Shown here: piece by piece, positions 15,001-25,730 of the stretch | Layout: every line of letters begins with the position of its first letter | Numbering within the stretch: position 1 is the first letter of the stretch | DNA from: Amphiscolops sp. MND2022 | Lineage: Eukaryota | Reading direction: 5' to 3' | Length of the DNA: 64,000 nt | Assembly: GCA_964187785.1 (NCBI GenBank) | Contig: OZ076409.1 | Coordinates: 42,410,001-42,474,000, forward strand | Notes under the pieces: model-generated | Told to the model about the DNA's origin: nothing | Databases searched by the model: none | What the model saw: only the letters and a program-made list of their open reading frames with translations | Made by a program: the position numbers and the translations under genes

Positions 15001-15403
15001 AACTCGGTGTCCAGTAGGCTTATTTTTGAAGAGACATCTGTAGATTCATGTTCGAAAAGTTCCTCAAATTGACCCTAAAGTTGTCAAAACTATTTGCAAT
15101 TTTTGACACTGGTGAAACAATTTACAATAATATAACAAACCGGGTTCGCTCAACTTTCCTAAATTTTAAACAGACCTAATTTCAAGCTTTTACCATTTTC
15201 CCATTTACCATTTATGGCTCGCGAAACTGCTTTTCTCAAGCCGAAATGTGCTATGAAAGCAAGGTGTACATTTTGACCAAATGAAAGTTTCGGAAAGAGG
15301 TACAGAGTCGAAAAAAACTTGAATGAGGTATTTCCCACAATCAAGAAGAAAACTCATCAGTTCCACGTGATCAAAAGTAACAAAGAGGTCACCCTCAAGA
15401 CTC
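12022..15403 (+). repeat. Three near-identical tandem copies of a 1127-1128-bp unit
   Basis: Units start GGCAAACTTGTTGTTTCGG at 12022, 13150, 14277; the ORF track repeats with the same period. Confidence 0.97.
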
Positions 15404-15592
15404 GGGAAACTTGTTTCCTTTACAGAAAAACTCGAAATCTAAAATTTTTGAAAATTGTTTTTAAAAAATTATTTTCAAAAAACTTATTGAGTATATAAGT
15501 CGCATAGTGCCGAAAAAACGAAAAGTGGCCAGCTCTCTGAAATGATAAATTAGGGGTTTCCTTTAAAATGGGGTACGATGAATCAAAGTTTT

Positions 15593-16307
15593 TGTAACGG
15601 CAACTGCCCATGTCAAAATTTTCGAAGCAAAAATTCGTTCAAATGTGACGTGGCACTCAAACATGCTCCAGACGAAAGACCTGTCAGAAAAGCATATCAG
15701 AAATCAGAAATCGCCCCCCGCGAGAGACGACGAGAAGAGAAGACGTAGAAATCAGTCCCTAGAACACGGTGATGTGCCCATCTTTGGCATTTACACTACA
15801 TAGGTAACAGAAACCGTTGTTCCAGATGCTCGCCTGAAGATCCTGCGGTGTCCTGTGCGGTGACGAGCGCTAGCGCTGGGAAGCCATGGTCGATTCGTTC
15901 CTGTTAGATAACTCGAACTTCTGATATTGTTACGCTTATTGTGCTTTCCTTGTTGTAGTAGATTGATATGCTCGAGAGCTGCCCATTTAACATCTGTAGT
16001 TACCCTTTTTGATGTCGATTTTATCAGATTCTCCAATACTATGGCTCAACATTCTCCTGTTTTCAGCCCCCTTTTTAAAGGCTAATTGAGCAGTGGTCTT
16101 GAGACATGCAAGATGCCCGTTACTTTTAGCAGTTACAGACTAGGACCAGGCCAGAGAGTTTCCAACAAGACGGTTCCCCCACCTTGGGACTGGCTCCTTC
16201 AGAGGGAAAGTGAGCTAGGGCCGCGGAGATCTAAGTCCCGGATTATATTCGCTGTTCTAGTTCCTCCACTCTACGTTGCGGTTCAAGCGCCAGCGCTTAT
16301 CGTTACA
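15593..16307 (+). repeat. 5' LTR
   Basis: Starts TGTAACGGCAAC, ends CTTATCGTTACA; matches 33722-34436 except about 8 substitutions counted by eye. Confidence 0.97.
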
Positions 16308-16322
16308 TAGAACCTCATTTTT

Positions 16323-16340
16323 TGGCGACCACAGAGGGAT
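16323..16340 (+). promoter_or_regulatory. Primer binding site, tRNA-Arg(TCG)-like
   Basis: TGGCGACCACAGAGGGAT starts with TGG (complement of CCA) and resembles the reverse complement of metazoan tRNA-Arg(TCG) 3' ends (recalled as TGGCGACCACGAAGGGA). Confidence 0.75.
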
Positions 16341-18983
16341 CGTCTTGGGAAACTTTCCCGAGCGGTTTTTAAAAGATCTGGCCCCCTGGTGATCAGCGCC
16401 AAGCCCGTTTCGACTCTGGAAGAGGAGAGAGAAGCAGAGTTTTACCCTTTTTTAGTCGTGTGACATTCCACTGGAACTGGGAGAGGCGTTGAACCAGAGA
16501 AAACCGGAAAAAATCACGTTTTCAGGTGCGAAAATGGTATTTTCAGGTGTTTTGGAAGGAAATCGGTATTTTTGTGTGATGTGTTGTGTGCCCATCAGCG
16601 GGTATCTTTTTGCAGGTGCCGAAGGTCGTAGCACGTGGCTACGGGTGTTTAACAGGTTTTGCAAGCTATTTTCAGCCATTTTATGCCATGCAAGAAGGTA
16701 ACTGGTGGATGGCTGACCATGAACCAGCGAGGCGAAGGGGAAGTCAAATTGTGTGTTGCCTACTTTCTACTCCCATTTCTCGTGGAGACGTCCTAGAGGT
16801 ATGGTTTTTGGTGGACAGCAAGTGCAATTGCAGACGATGCTAATGGTCCAAACCGCGTGTCTCTATCTGGTCTGGAAGTGGAGAAAAAGCGTGGTGAAGG
16901 TGCACCCCCTGTGACCGGACGCGTCGCTCAACTGGCTCATGGTCGGTGAAAATTTTGAAAAAGCATCTTTTTCGACGGGGAATCGTTGTTGCAGGTCAGT
17001 AATGTTTTATTGTAGATGTAACGACACCCAACGAAGTGCTTTTCTGCAAAAAAGATAGCACTTGCGTGAAAAAACCCCGATTTTGCGTTTTTTTTGTGTT
17101 TTTCGTGGTTTTGAGCACTTGTGCTCAGCGGAACCAGGAAAACTTCGTGAAAAGTGTTGCAAAAAGCAGCTGCAAGGCTCGAGAAAGCTAGTACGAGGCA
17201 CAGAAGGCCGTAATTTTGCCTTTGGTTGTGATAAAAGTGCCGATTTAGCACCAGAAAATTGCAAAAAAAATGGAATTTTGACCAAAAAGGCACCCAGAAA
17301 CACAGGCGTACACTTGTGTAGAAGTGTGAAAAAGCAGTGTACGGTGTTTTGTCAAGCGTAGTAAACCCACAGGACACTAACTGCAACTTTCACAGCGGAT
17401 TCAGGCAGCCTGGGGCTGACACGGTGCAAAAAACCGGTAATTTGAGGTGTTTTTAGGCATAGAAAGTGCATTGTCTGAAAGTCTTGAGAGCGAAGCTTAG
17501 TGGAACAGAGCGAGTCTGAACGCTCTTATTTTCTGTTTTTGCAATAAAAATAGCGCATTGTGGTGAAAACCGCGTGCAAAAACTTCTTTTCAGTGTCGAG
17601 AAAAGTTGAAAAACCTTGAATTTTAGTTAGTTTCAGGAGTGTCCTAGCACACAATTAAAACCCCCTGGGCACTCTGTCTTTTTGTTAGTCAGGAGCTTTT
17701 GTGCTCTCATTTTCTGTTTCTATAGTAAAAATAACGCATTGTAGTGAAAACCGCGTGCAAAAACTTCTTTTCGGTGCTGAGAAAAGTGGAAAAACGCACT
17801 GAATCTGATCAATTTTCCACAAAACCGGACTGTCTCTGAGCTAGGGTCGGGTCATCGATTCCTGAACCCTAGCCAAGAAGTGGTTGCATTTTCGTAACCA
17901 CCACAAAAATTAACGTTAGTGCCGAAAATTTGGCGGGCGTATCGCTCACCAAGGTCGAGAAAAACTCTCTGACGTTTTGACTGCAAAGAAGCGTCAAAGG
18001 ACCGAAAAAATCCAAAACTGCAGGACTGTCAGTGCCTTATATCCAACGGGCACAACCAATTGTGGGTTTATCCCAGTGCTACGGGTAGTGGGGCAACACG
18101 TTGGTCCCATTTTGTCCGCCGTATCACTTTCTGAGGTGATCCTCTTCGTCGATTTGTGAAAAAAGTCGTCAAAAACAGTGTTTTTTCGTGTACAACGTAC
18201 ATAGTGGGTCGGAACTTCAAACAAGCGCTTGCGCTTCAATTTGACCATATCAGCGGCATTGTAGGTGCCCTTTGGCATAAACTACTAAGTTTAGTGCCGA
18301 TCTGTGCGATACTTGTCGAGAAAATAGGAAAAACGTGGCGCCCAAAAAGGGTGTGCAAAAAGGCAGTTTTTTCTTAATTTTTCCGAGTAACCCGGGCACC
18401 TTAGCCGACGGGTGGGGCCATATTGTAGCCCACCATCGTAACCTGTGCTAGTTTCTACGTCGCTGCAGAGAATTTGAGCTTGCTAGCTCGTTCCAGTGGA
18501 CCGCAATCTTGAAAAAGACGTGAAAAACAGTGTATTTCGGTACATAGTGGTACCGCACGTCTGTACCTAGGTGAAACTGTGTAGAAGGGGCGCAGCTCAA
18601 AACTGTGTTCATTTTCGTGAACCTACGCGTACCTAAGATCTGCTGGTCAATTTTGGGCTTGATACAGCGCTTCCAGCACACACACGAGCCTCTTGAGTGT
18701 TGTTGTGCGATTTCTGGAAAATCCAAAAATTCTTTGAAATTCTTCCTGTGAGTGACCGGAGACTTTTGGCCCCAAACCAGGTTGATTTTCTGACCCAGTG
18801 TGCTTGTGGGAAAGCGCTGTGCGAATTTGAGCAGCCTACGAGCCTTAAAACGCATTTCGAGAAATTTGGGACATTGTGAAACAGTAAATTTTTTTAAGTC
18901 CACACCGAGACGAGCCTAGAGCTAACAGCGACTCGACAAATCCCGCGTTCTTCGAGATTTCTTTAAAGGCTACGCCCGAATCG

Positions 18984-21368
18984 TTGACACCTGCTCTGCC
19001 ATTGGCATCGTATGTAATGGTCCTACCAGGCCTGGAAAAGCTTGACATGAGTTCGCAGTCATGGGTGACCATAGGATCCACAATGGACGGTTCGCATTTT
19101 TCAGACGAAATGTCTGACGAAGTCACTATCGAGCAACAACGCAAAGAGGAATTGGCCGCCATGGTCCCTCCCTCTGAGGGTTCCGTTGCATCTGGAAGCT
19201 CTCGTCGAACCGAGCAATGGGTCGATGAAACCTGTCGTGAAACAACCAATGAAGCAGAAGAGGAGTGGCCCAACTCGAACATGACCAACGAACTTGCAGC
19301 TGAGGAAGGGTGCTCTCGCGCACCCCTAGGAGAGAAGACGAGCTCCCGCCTACAGATTACGGTGGACGAGGATCTTACCTACACGGGGAACACGAGTTGT
19401 GCGAGACCGCAAGGGTCTGGAGTCGCTCGAGGTAACACTAGAGTTTGTGCCTATGGCAAACACAAGAGAGTGCGACCACCCATGATAAATGTAGGTGAAC
19501 GTCAGTTTGAGGTGCCTCGTACGAGGAGCGTGGCAGGTTCAGTGGCATCATCCCAACGATCTTCGGTGTATAAAGCCGCAATATTGGAAGCCCAAGCTGA
19601 GACCCAACGTGCCTTAGCTGAACTGGCTAGCACTCGTGCTGGGTGCAATGACCAACATCGTGCCATCGCAGAAAATATGAGAACGTTGCAGACAACGATG
19701 CGAGAAGGATTGCAGGTCAGTGATCAACTGCGAACCGCGCAGAATACGCAGAGTGCTCGCGTAGATGCACTAGGCCACAGAATGGGTGAGATGAATGACC
19801 TTTTGATGGCCCGTGAACTTCGTGTGGAAACCCAGATCAATGATTTGAGTAACCAAATGCACACTGTGCTCAATGCTATCAACATCATGAGGCGCGAGAG
19901 GTCCCTCCCACGACAATCTGGTGCCACTGAAGGTGTGCCAGTCGCGGATTCAATTAAGATTCCGGAATCATCGCACCTGGGTCGGGCAACGAAACCCGAG
20001 CTGGCGAGTGCATTGAAGCCTAGCACCTCCAAGTCGACGACGCCTGAAACCCGAACCAAGGATCCCGTACTCATCATGGCTGATGTGGAGCGTAAACCTG
20101 CACGGGTGCAGGTGAGGGGGCCCCACGACTCCTCGTCGATGAGTCAAATAACCTCCTCCGTAATTCGAAGTGCCACCCGAGACCAAGGTGTGGACCCAAT
20201 GTCACCTATCTATCTAGATACTTCTACCGAAGTTGACTTATCCCGTACCAAGGCCGCACTAGGGTCCCAGACTGATGAAGCTGCGTATGCGACGGCCCCT
20301 ACCATGGCTTCTGGAACGAACTCCCTGTATCTGACCGCCGACTGGACAGCCGAGGACGGAATGCCCTCGGGCGCTCCTTGTGCGAGTAGCACTCGCAAGA
20401 AAGAAGACATAGCGAACCTCTCAGTACGAGCCACGCATGGCAGTGACGACGGTACTGATGAAGTGGCACCCAAGGAAGGAGAGGCTGAGGTCATCTCTCC
20501 CGAGCAATTGAGGTTCACTGCCGCCATTTCCAAAGCGATGTCCAAAGAACTAGCACCGTTGCTTGCGGGACGTGACCTGGCTCAAACCAAACCCAGCGTG
20601 TATCGAGGCTCTAAGGACGGGTCTATTGATGGCTGGATCTTAGTGATGCAGCGATACTTGAAAAGAGTCCAAACCAAAGTCTCGGCCGAAGATCGGACCT
20701 GGAGCATTATTGGTCATCTCGAGGGTGAGGCTCGCAACTACATCATCAACAAGGCTGAGTCTGAACGTGACACCCCCGAGAAGGTGTTCGAGTTGCTATC
20801 TAGCCGATTTGGTGCGGGAGGAAATCGTATGCAGGTGCGGCAGACCTTCCAAAGCCGTGTCCAACAAGAAAAAGAGGACTGGATGCAGTACTTAGACGCT
20901 TTAGAGGGTCTCAGGAGCCAAGGATTCCCGCAAGAAAGTATCATTACCAAACGCTATGAAATCTTGCAGCGCTTCATGGAAGGTGTGCGAGATCCAGTGT
21001 TGAGGCGTGAACTTGCCATAGTATACGCCTCGGAGACTTTTCTTACCGAACCCCCTACCGTAGAGTCCTTGCGATTTACCACGCGTCAGCTGCAACGAAA
21101 TCGTCCCAGACCCACCCAACCTCAACAACCCTATGATCCCAGATTAGCCATGAGGTCTAGACCTCATCCTTTCGCACCACTGCCGCCGAACAAGATGGTT
21201 ATGCCGCAGGGCGTCTTGCCACCTCCGGCGCCCCCCCCCCCCCCAAAATGTCCCAGCTCCCGCTGTCCTAGCTCCCGCCCGAGCGCCGGTAGGTGCTTGT
21301 TTTCACTGGGCAAAACGGACATTTTGCTCGCGAGTGCCCCAATCGTGACCAAGCCCGAAAACCAATGA
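18984..21368 (+). CDS. gag: Gag (long low-complexity/coiled-coil N-terminus, capsid domain; CCHC knuckle split by frameshifts). Real start probably ATG 19017 or 19047
   Basis: 794-aa ORF; capsid-like segment KPSVYRGSKDGSIDGWILVMQRYL...LEGEARNY...FQSRVQQEKEDWMQYLDAL; knuckle reconstructs as GACFH[C]GQNGHFAREC at about 21292-21346. Confidence 0.88.
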   Translation: MTPALPLASYVMVLPGLEKLDMSSQSWVTIGSTMDGSHFSDEMSDEVTIEQQRKEELAAMVPPSEGSVASGSSRRTEQWVDETCRETTNEAEEEWPNSNMTNELAAEEGCSRAPLGEKTSSRLQITVDEDLTYTGNTSCARPQGSGVARGNTRVCAYGKHKRVRPPMINVGERQFEVPRTRSVAGSVASSQRSSVYKAAILEAQAETQRALAELASTRAGCNDQHRAIAENMRTLQTTMREGLQVSDQLRTAQNTQSARVDALGHRMGEMNDLLMARELRVETQINDLSNQMHTVLNAINIMRRERSLPRQSGATEGVPVADSIKIPESSHLGRATKPELASALKPSTSKSTTPETRTKDPVLIMADVERKPARVQVRGPHDSSSMSQITSSVIRSATRDQGVDPMSPIYLDTSTEVDLSRTKAALGSQTDEAAYATAPTMASGTNSLYLTADWTAEDGMPSGAPCASSTRKKEDIANLSVRATHGSDDGTDEVAPKEGEAEVISPEQLRFTAAISKAMSKELAPLLAGRDLAQTKPSVYRGSKDGSIDGWILVMQRYLKRVQTKVSAEDRTWSIIGHLEGEARNYIINKAESERDTPEKVFELLSSRFGAGGNRMQVRQTFQSRVQQEKEDWMQYLDALEGLRSQGFPQESIITKRYEILQRFMEGVRDPVLRRELAIVYASETFLTEPPTVESLRFTTRQLQRNRPRPTQPQQPYDPRLAMRSRPHPFAPLPPNKMVMPQGVLPPPAPPPPPKCPSSRCPSSRPSAGRCLFSLGKTDILLASAPIVTKPENQ

Positions 21369-24300
21369 CTGCCTCCGAACCAGAGGGCGTAAAGGTAACC
21401 ACGGAAGACACGACCGATGGCATCCTTGAAGGTCATCCGGGGATCTATCAATGCACGAGCTGTGGACTTTTCGATCAGGCGGAAGTGCAATGTGGTGAGC
21501 ACTCCCATGCGCCGAAGCCCAGTGACGAGTTAGCCTACAATCGATGGGCTGAGGTCGAATCAGCTGGCATCGCCGCGCACACCGTACCTTTGGAAGATGA
21601 CCGTGTGTTGATGCTACATCCAGCGGAACCGCCTGCGTTCCACACTCCGATGACATTCACTTGTGGTGCAAAGCAAGTTCAGACCTGCTTGGAACCCACG
21701 ACGTTCGACCCGCAAGGACGGACGCTGATTTCGATTCACCTGTTGCTGGCAGCTGAGCGAACACGTAGGCCGACGCTAACCCTGGCGAAGCTATGGGTCG
21801 AATTGTCTATCCTCTACAAACGAAACGAGTTGCCTCAACCGAAAGAATGGTACGCTCCGGGAGAGTCTACGACTCTGACAACATATTCCCCAGTGCCAGT
21901 CTGTGCCTCAATGGATGGAGTGGATGTGAAGTTCGAAGCCTGTGTGGTGGTGGATGTATTTCCCCCTGGCATTTGTCTGGGTCCTCAGGAGCTCAAGTGC
22001 TATAACATCAATCATCAGGAGCCCACCGGTGAAGCGCGTATAGATGAGCGTGCGTCGCTCGTGGTCTCTTTCGTGGTGCCTCATGCAGCACCTATCCCGC
22101 TGCGAGGACTGGTGGACACTGGCTCGGGCGTCTCCATACTGACGTTTTCCGCCTTTAACAGAGTGGCAGCTCGAACTGGAACGGTCCTTAAACCCTACCA
22201 AGTTGATCTGTACGCAGCCAACGGGAAGACAATAAAGACCTACGGCCTCGCAGAACATATCCATTTCCAGCTGGGAGGATACGAACTTGAAACGAACATT
22301 GTGGTGGTAGATGACGCAATGGGTGTGGAAGACTTCCTACTTGGTCGGAACTTTCTCCGCTCCTACCAGGTGTTAGTGGATCTAACATCTATGAAGATTG
22401 TGGTGCGAGCACCAGTGAAGCCTGTGTGGCATCATGCTCACGCACAGGTAGGTGACACTTCGATAGCAACCCCAGTCGTTTTGGATAGTGACTTGGTTCT
22501 GCAACCTTTCGAACGTGCGGTGGCTAGAGCCAAGCTCGTCACCAATGCACTAGAGCCGCTGATTTTTCAAAGCGTAGCGCTCAATGCCTCTTTGTCTGAC
22601 ACTACGTTGCACAATGTCGTCTTTTTAGAGGACAGCGTGGCCACTGTCAGTGAGACAGGGACACTCTTTGTGAGCCTGATAAACCTCACCAGCAACCCTC
22701 AACGCATGCGGTGTGGTGTACAACTGGGCACCGTAGTACCCATAACGGTAGTATACCAAGCAGTACCTCAGTGTCTGGACTCTCCCACAACAACCCGCAC
22801 AAAAACTGACGCCGACGACAGTCGTGCAAATTTTGTTCATAAAATTTATAGTGAAGTGAATCTGTCCACTGCTTCTGAGTTACCCTCTTCTTCAGAATTT
22901 GAGTTTTTGTCCTCAACTGACCCTAGCGAGGCAGGACTATCGGAGCGCGAAATTCGCAAGCGAACGGACCTAGAGCTAATGGCTCCGATTCCTGGGCCAG
23001 AATCTCAGCTACAGGCGGTTAAGGATTTATGGGGCGCTAGCGCCTGCGAGTCTCTCAGTAACCTCCTCGATGAATTCGATGAGCTATTCATGAAACACAA
23101 GGCTGACATCGGTCGGTGCACTATCGCTAAGCACACCGTGGAGGTGGAACCAGGGGCTGTACCACATCGCGAAGGTGCTCGCCGGATGTCCCCTGAGAAG
23201 GCCGAACGTGCCAATCAGGAGGTGCGGAACCTCTTAGCTCTGGGAATGATACAGCCCTCGCTGTCCCCTTGGGCGAGCGGCATTGTAATGGTGAAAAAGA
23301 AAAACGGGGAGTTGCGCTTTTGCTGCGACTTCCGCCCGTTAAATGAGGTAACCATTAAGGATGCCTATCCCTTGCCCCGTATTGATGAAAGCCTGGCACG
23401 GCTAGGCAAGGCGAAGATTTATACCAGCATAGACCTTGCTTGGGCCTTTTGGCAAATTCCTGTGCGGAAGGCGGATCGCCACAAAACCGCTTTTGCTTGT
23501 GAACTAGGACTTTTTGAGTGGCGGCGAATGCCATTTGGTATGTGCAATGCATCTGCCACGTTTCAGCGATCAATAGCGCGTGCGCTAAGGAATATTGTCA
23601 ATCGTGAGGGCAGCATAGTCATGGCCTACATTGATGATATCGTGATTGCCACAGAGACTGTGGAAGACCATATGGTACGTCTACGTGAAGTCTTTGAATG
23701 CCTCCGTAAAGCCGGTTTCAAAATGCGCGTGGTCAAATGCGATTTCATGAAATCGGAGATCAAGTACTTGGGACGAGTGGTTTCCGCAGAAGGAGTGAAG
23801 CCCGACCCGAAAGCCGTCGTCAAGTTGCGTGATTGGGAAATTCCCCGTAACAAGACGGAAATGCAGAGCTTCCTTGGATTCGCCAATTATTATCGCGAAT
23901 TCATCCCTTGGCACGCTAAGCTGGTTGCACCCCTGCACGCCGTCACTGGACTGAATGCCACCTTCGCATGGGGTCCTGAGCAACAAACCGCATTCAATGA
24001 AATCAAAAAAGCCCTGATCGAGGCAACTGCGCTCGCGCAGCCTGATTCCGAAGGAGAGTTTGTGTTGGACACTGACGCTAGTGCTGTCGCCATTTCTGGT
24101 ATCCTGCACCAGTGGCAAGGTCCTCCGGGTGAACGACGCCTGAGACCGATAGTTTACGGTAGCAAGAAGCTCACTACCACACAAGCTAAATACGGAGCTC
24201 CCAAGCTTGAAATGTTCGCCGCCTACTATTTCATAGTGAAAAACCACAGCTATTTATGTCCCCGGAAATTCACCCTGCGGGTAGACAACCAAGCCTTGTC

Positions 24301-24613
24301 CTGGTTAAAAACCTACTCCACGGATCAAGCGCTAATCGGCCGATGGATTATGACCCTGGAGAAGTATCACTTTCGCGTGGAACACCGCCCAAGAACTCAA
24401 CATCGAAACGCCGATGGCTTGAGCAAACGAACCAACGAGTACCGATGCCGAGAGAAACAGCTTGCACAGCAGCCAGCCGCGGGCGAACGCTGGAATTTCC
24501 TTTCAGCTGACGAATTTGATAAACTACCTGTTGCCCCATGGTTCGACCTTCAGGGTCGAGTCATCCCGAATCATCCAGAACTACCTTGCGCACCTGCAGA
24601 ACTTGGAGCCTAA
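21293..24613 (+). CDS. pol: Pol part 1: aspartic protease, reverse transcriptase, RNase H
   Basis: LVDTGSG (DTG at 22115) and FLLGRNFL; SPWASGIVMVKKKNGELRFCCDFRPLN, MPFGMCNASATFQ, YIDD (23627); LDTDAS, VDNQALSWL, HRNADGLS. Confidence 0.97.
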   Translation: MLVFTGQNGHFARECPNRDQARKPMTASEPEGVKVTTEDTTDGILEGHPGIYQCTSCGLFDQAEVQCGEHSHAPKPSDELAYNRWAEVESAGIAAHTVPLEDDRVLMLHPAEPPAFHTPMTFTCGAKQVQTCLEPTTFDPQGRTLISIHLLLAAERTRRPTLTLAKLWVELSILYKRNELPQPKEWYAPGESTTLTTYSPVPVCASMDGVDVKFEACVVVDVFPPGICLGPQELKCYNINHQEPTGEARIDERASLVVSFVVPHAAPIPLRGLVDTGSGVSILTFSAFNRVAARTGTVLKPYQVDLYAANGKTIKTYGLAEHIHFQLGGYELETNIVVVDDAMGVEDFLLGRNFLRSYQVLVDLTSMKIVVRAPVKPVWHHAHAQVGDTSIATPVVLDSDLVLQPFERAVARAKLVTNALEPLIFQSVALNASLSDTTLHNVVFLEDSVATVSETGTLFVSLINLTSNPQRMRCGVQLGTVVPITVVYQAVPQCLDSPTTTRTKTDADDSRANFVHKIYSEVNLSTASELPSSSEFEFLSSTDPSEAGLSEREIRKRTDLELMAPIPGPESQLQAVKDLWGASACESLSNLLDEFDELFMKHKADIGRCTIAKHTVEVEPGAVPHREGARRMSPEKAERANQEVRNLLALGMIQPSLSPWASGIVMVKKKNGELRFCCDFRPLNEVTIKDAYPLPRIDESLARLGKAKIYTSIDLAWAFWQIPVRKADRHKTAFACELGLFEWRRMPFGMCNASATFQRSIARALRNIVNREGSIVMAYIDDIVIATETVEDHMVRLREVFECLRKAGFKMRVVKCDFMKSEIKYLGRVVSAEGVKPDPKAVVKLRDWEIPRNKTEMQSFLGFANYYREFIPWHAKLVAPLHAVTGLNATFAWGPEQQTAFNEIKKALIEATALAQPDSEGEFVLDTDASAVAISGILHQWQGPPGERRLRPIVYGSKKLTTTQAKYGAPKLEMFAAYYFIVKNHSYLCPRKFTLRVDNQALSWLKTYSTDQALIGRWIMTLEKYHFRVEHRPRTQHRNADGLSKRTNEYRCREKQLAQQPAAGERWNFLSADEFDKLPVAPWFDLQGRVIPNHPELPCAPAELGA

Positions 24614-25730
24614 GGCTCCCAACCAATTGCTACGCGTGCTTCGCCGCACAAAACGAGCGAGCAGGAGAGACAGACAAGCGAAAGCATTCGCAGCCCCCTT
24701 GCCGCCTCCGCCTTCCCTTGCTCTGCAACCGCACGAGGATGCCTATCCAGACTACCCTGAGGACTGGATTGATGTCACTGATGAAGCACGCGAAGATTAT
24801 CTATTACCGACGCATGCCGTAAATGTACCCTCACGTACCGTCTATGCTATTGCTGGGGCGAATCCTGTTGCGTTGCAAGGTACTCCCTCGGGTGTACGCG
24901 ACTCAATTATGGCTCTTAAAGACATCAACACTGAACTTCACGAACATGCTCACACCGTGCATGGTATCAAAGACCTGATCCTAGCCCAAAACCGTAATGT
25001 TCATGAGCTAGCACTCAAAAAGTTGGTGCTAAACGAACCCATTGATCATGACGTGTTTCCCGAGAACGTGCGTGAGTTCGCACGCAACTACTGCCGTCAG
25101 AAGAACACTCTCCTGTTCATTAACAAGAATGGTGTGCTTTGCGTACGATACCCTCCCAACCAACGTCCCTTGCACGAACGTCCGTGCATGATCGTCATGC
25201 CTCAACTGTACCAGCATGAGATTTTATTCCGTGCGCATGACGCCATGGGACATCAAGGTATCTCCAAAGTGGTGGCTCGGATTCAAGAACGTCACACATG
25301 GCCTGGTATTCGACGCAGCGTGGGCCGTTACGTTGGCCAATGCCTCACCTGTCAACAGGTTCGAGATAAGCCTGGTGACGTCCGATTCCACCTAAAGAAC
25401 ATCCAGAGCGGGTACTTCAACGAATTGGTCCAATATGATCATCTAAAGATCTGCCCCTCAGACAGTAATAACACTGGCATCTTGGTCATAATTGACCATT
25501 TCTCCAAGTTCGCGGAAGCAGTTCCCTGTAGTCATCACGACTACGACGCTGTGACCACCTCTCGGTTGCTGCTGCAAAAGTGGTTCGCCCGTCATGGCAC
25601 AACCACTAGAATGCAGTCTGACAATGCTCCAAATTTGACTGCTGAGGTATCCAACGAATTCCTAAAAGCAGCCCACGTTACCAAGGTAACCTCTACGGCT
25701 AGCCATCCGAGAGAACCCAAGGCTTGGTAG
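24587..25730 (+). CDS. pol: Pol part 2: linker, integrase HHCC zinc finger and first two catalytic Asp (within ORF 24462-25730)
   Basis: AHDAMGHQG...CLTCQ; VQYDHL; MQSDNAPNL; joined to the flanking ORFs by an apparent +1 insertion (~24586) and a +2 GA slip (~25712). Confidence 0.93.

Noticed and set aside
10780..15403. CRISPR-like array or repeated small genes
   Set aside because: Whole units repeat with no unique spacers, no cas genes, eukaryotic context; the ORFs are by-products of the repeat
15791..16310. ORFs inside the LTRs (repeated at 33920-34565)
   Set aside because: Duplicated only because the LTR is duplicated; non-ATG starts, no motifs
21293..21368. Programmed gag/pol ribosomal frameshift
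   Set aside because: The frame change falls inside the CCHC knuckle and needs two separate indels to repair; mutation or sequencing error explains it better
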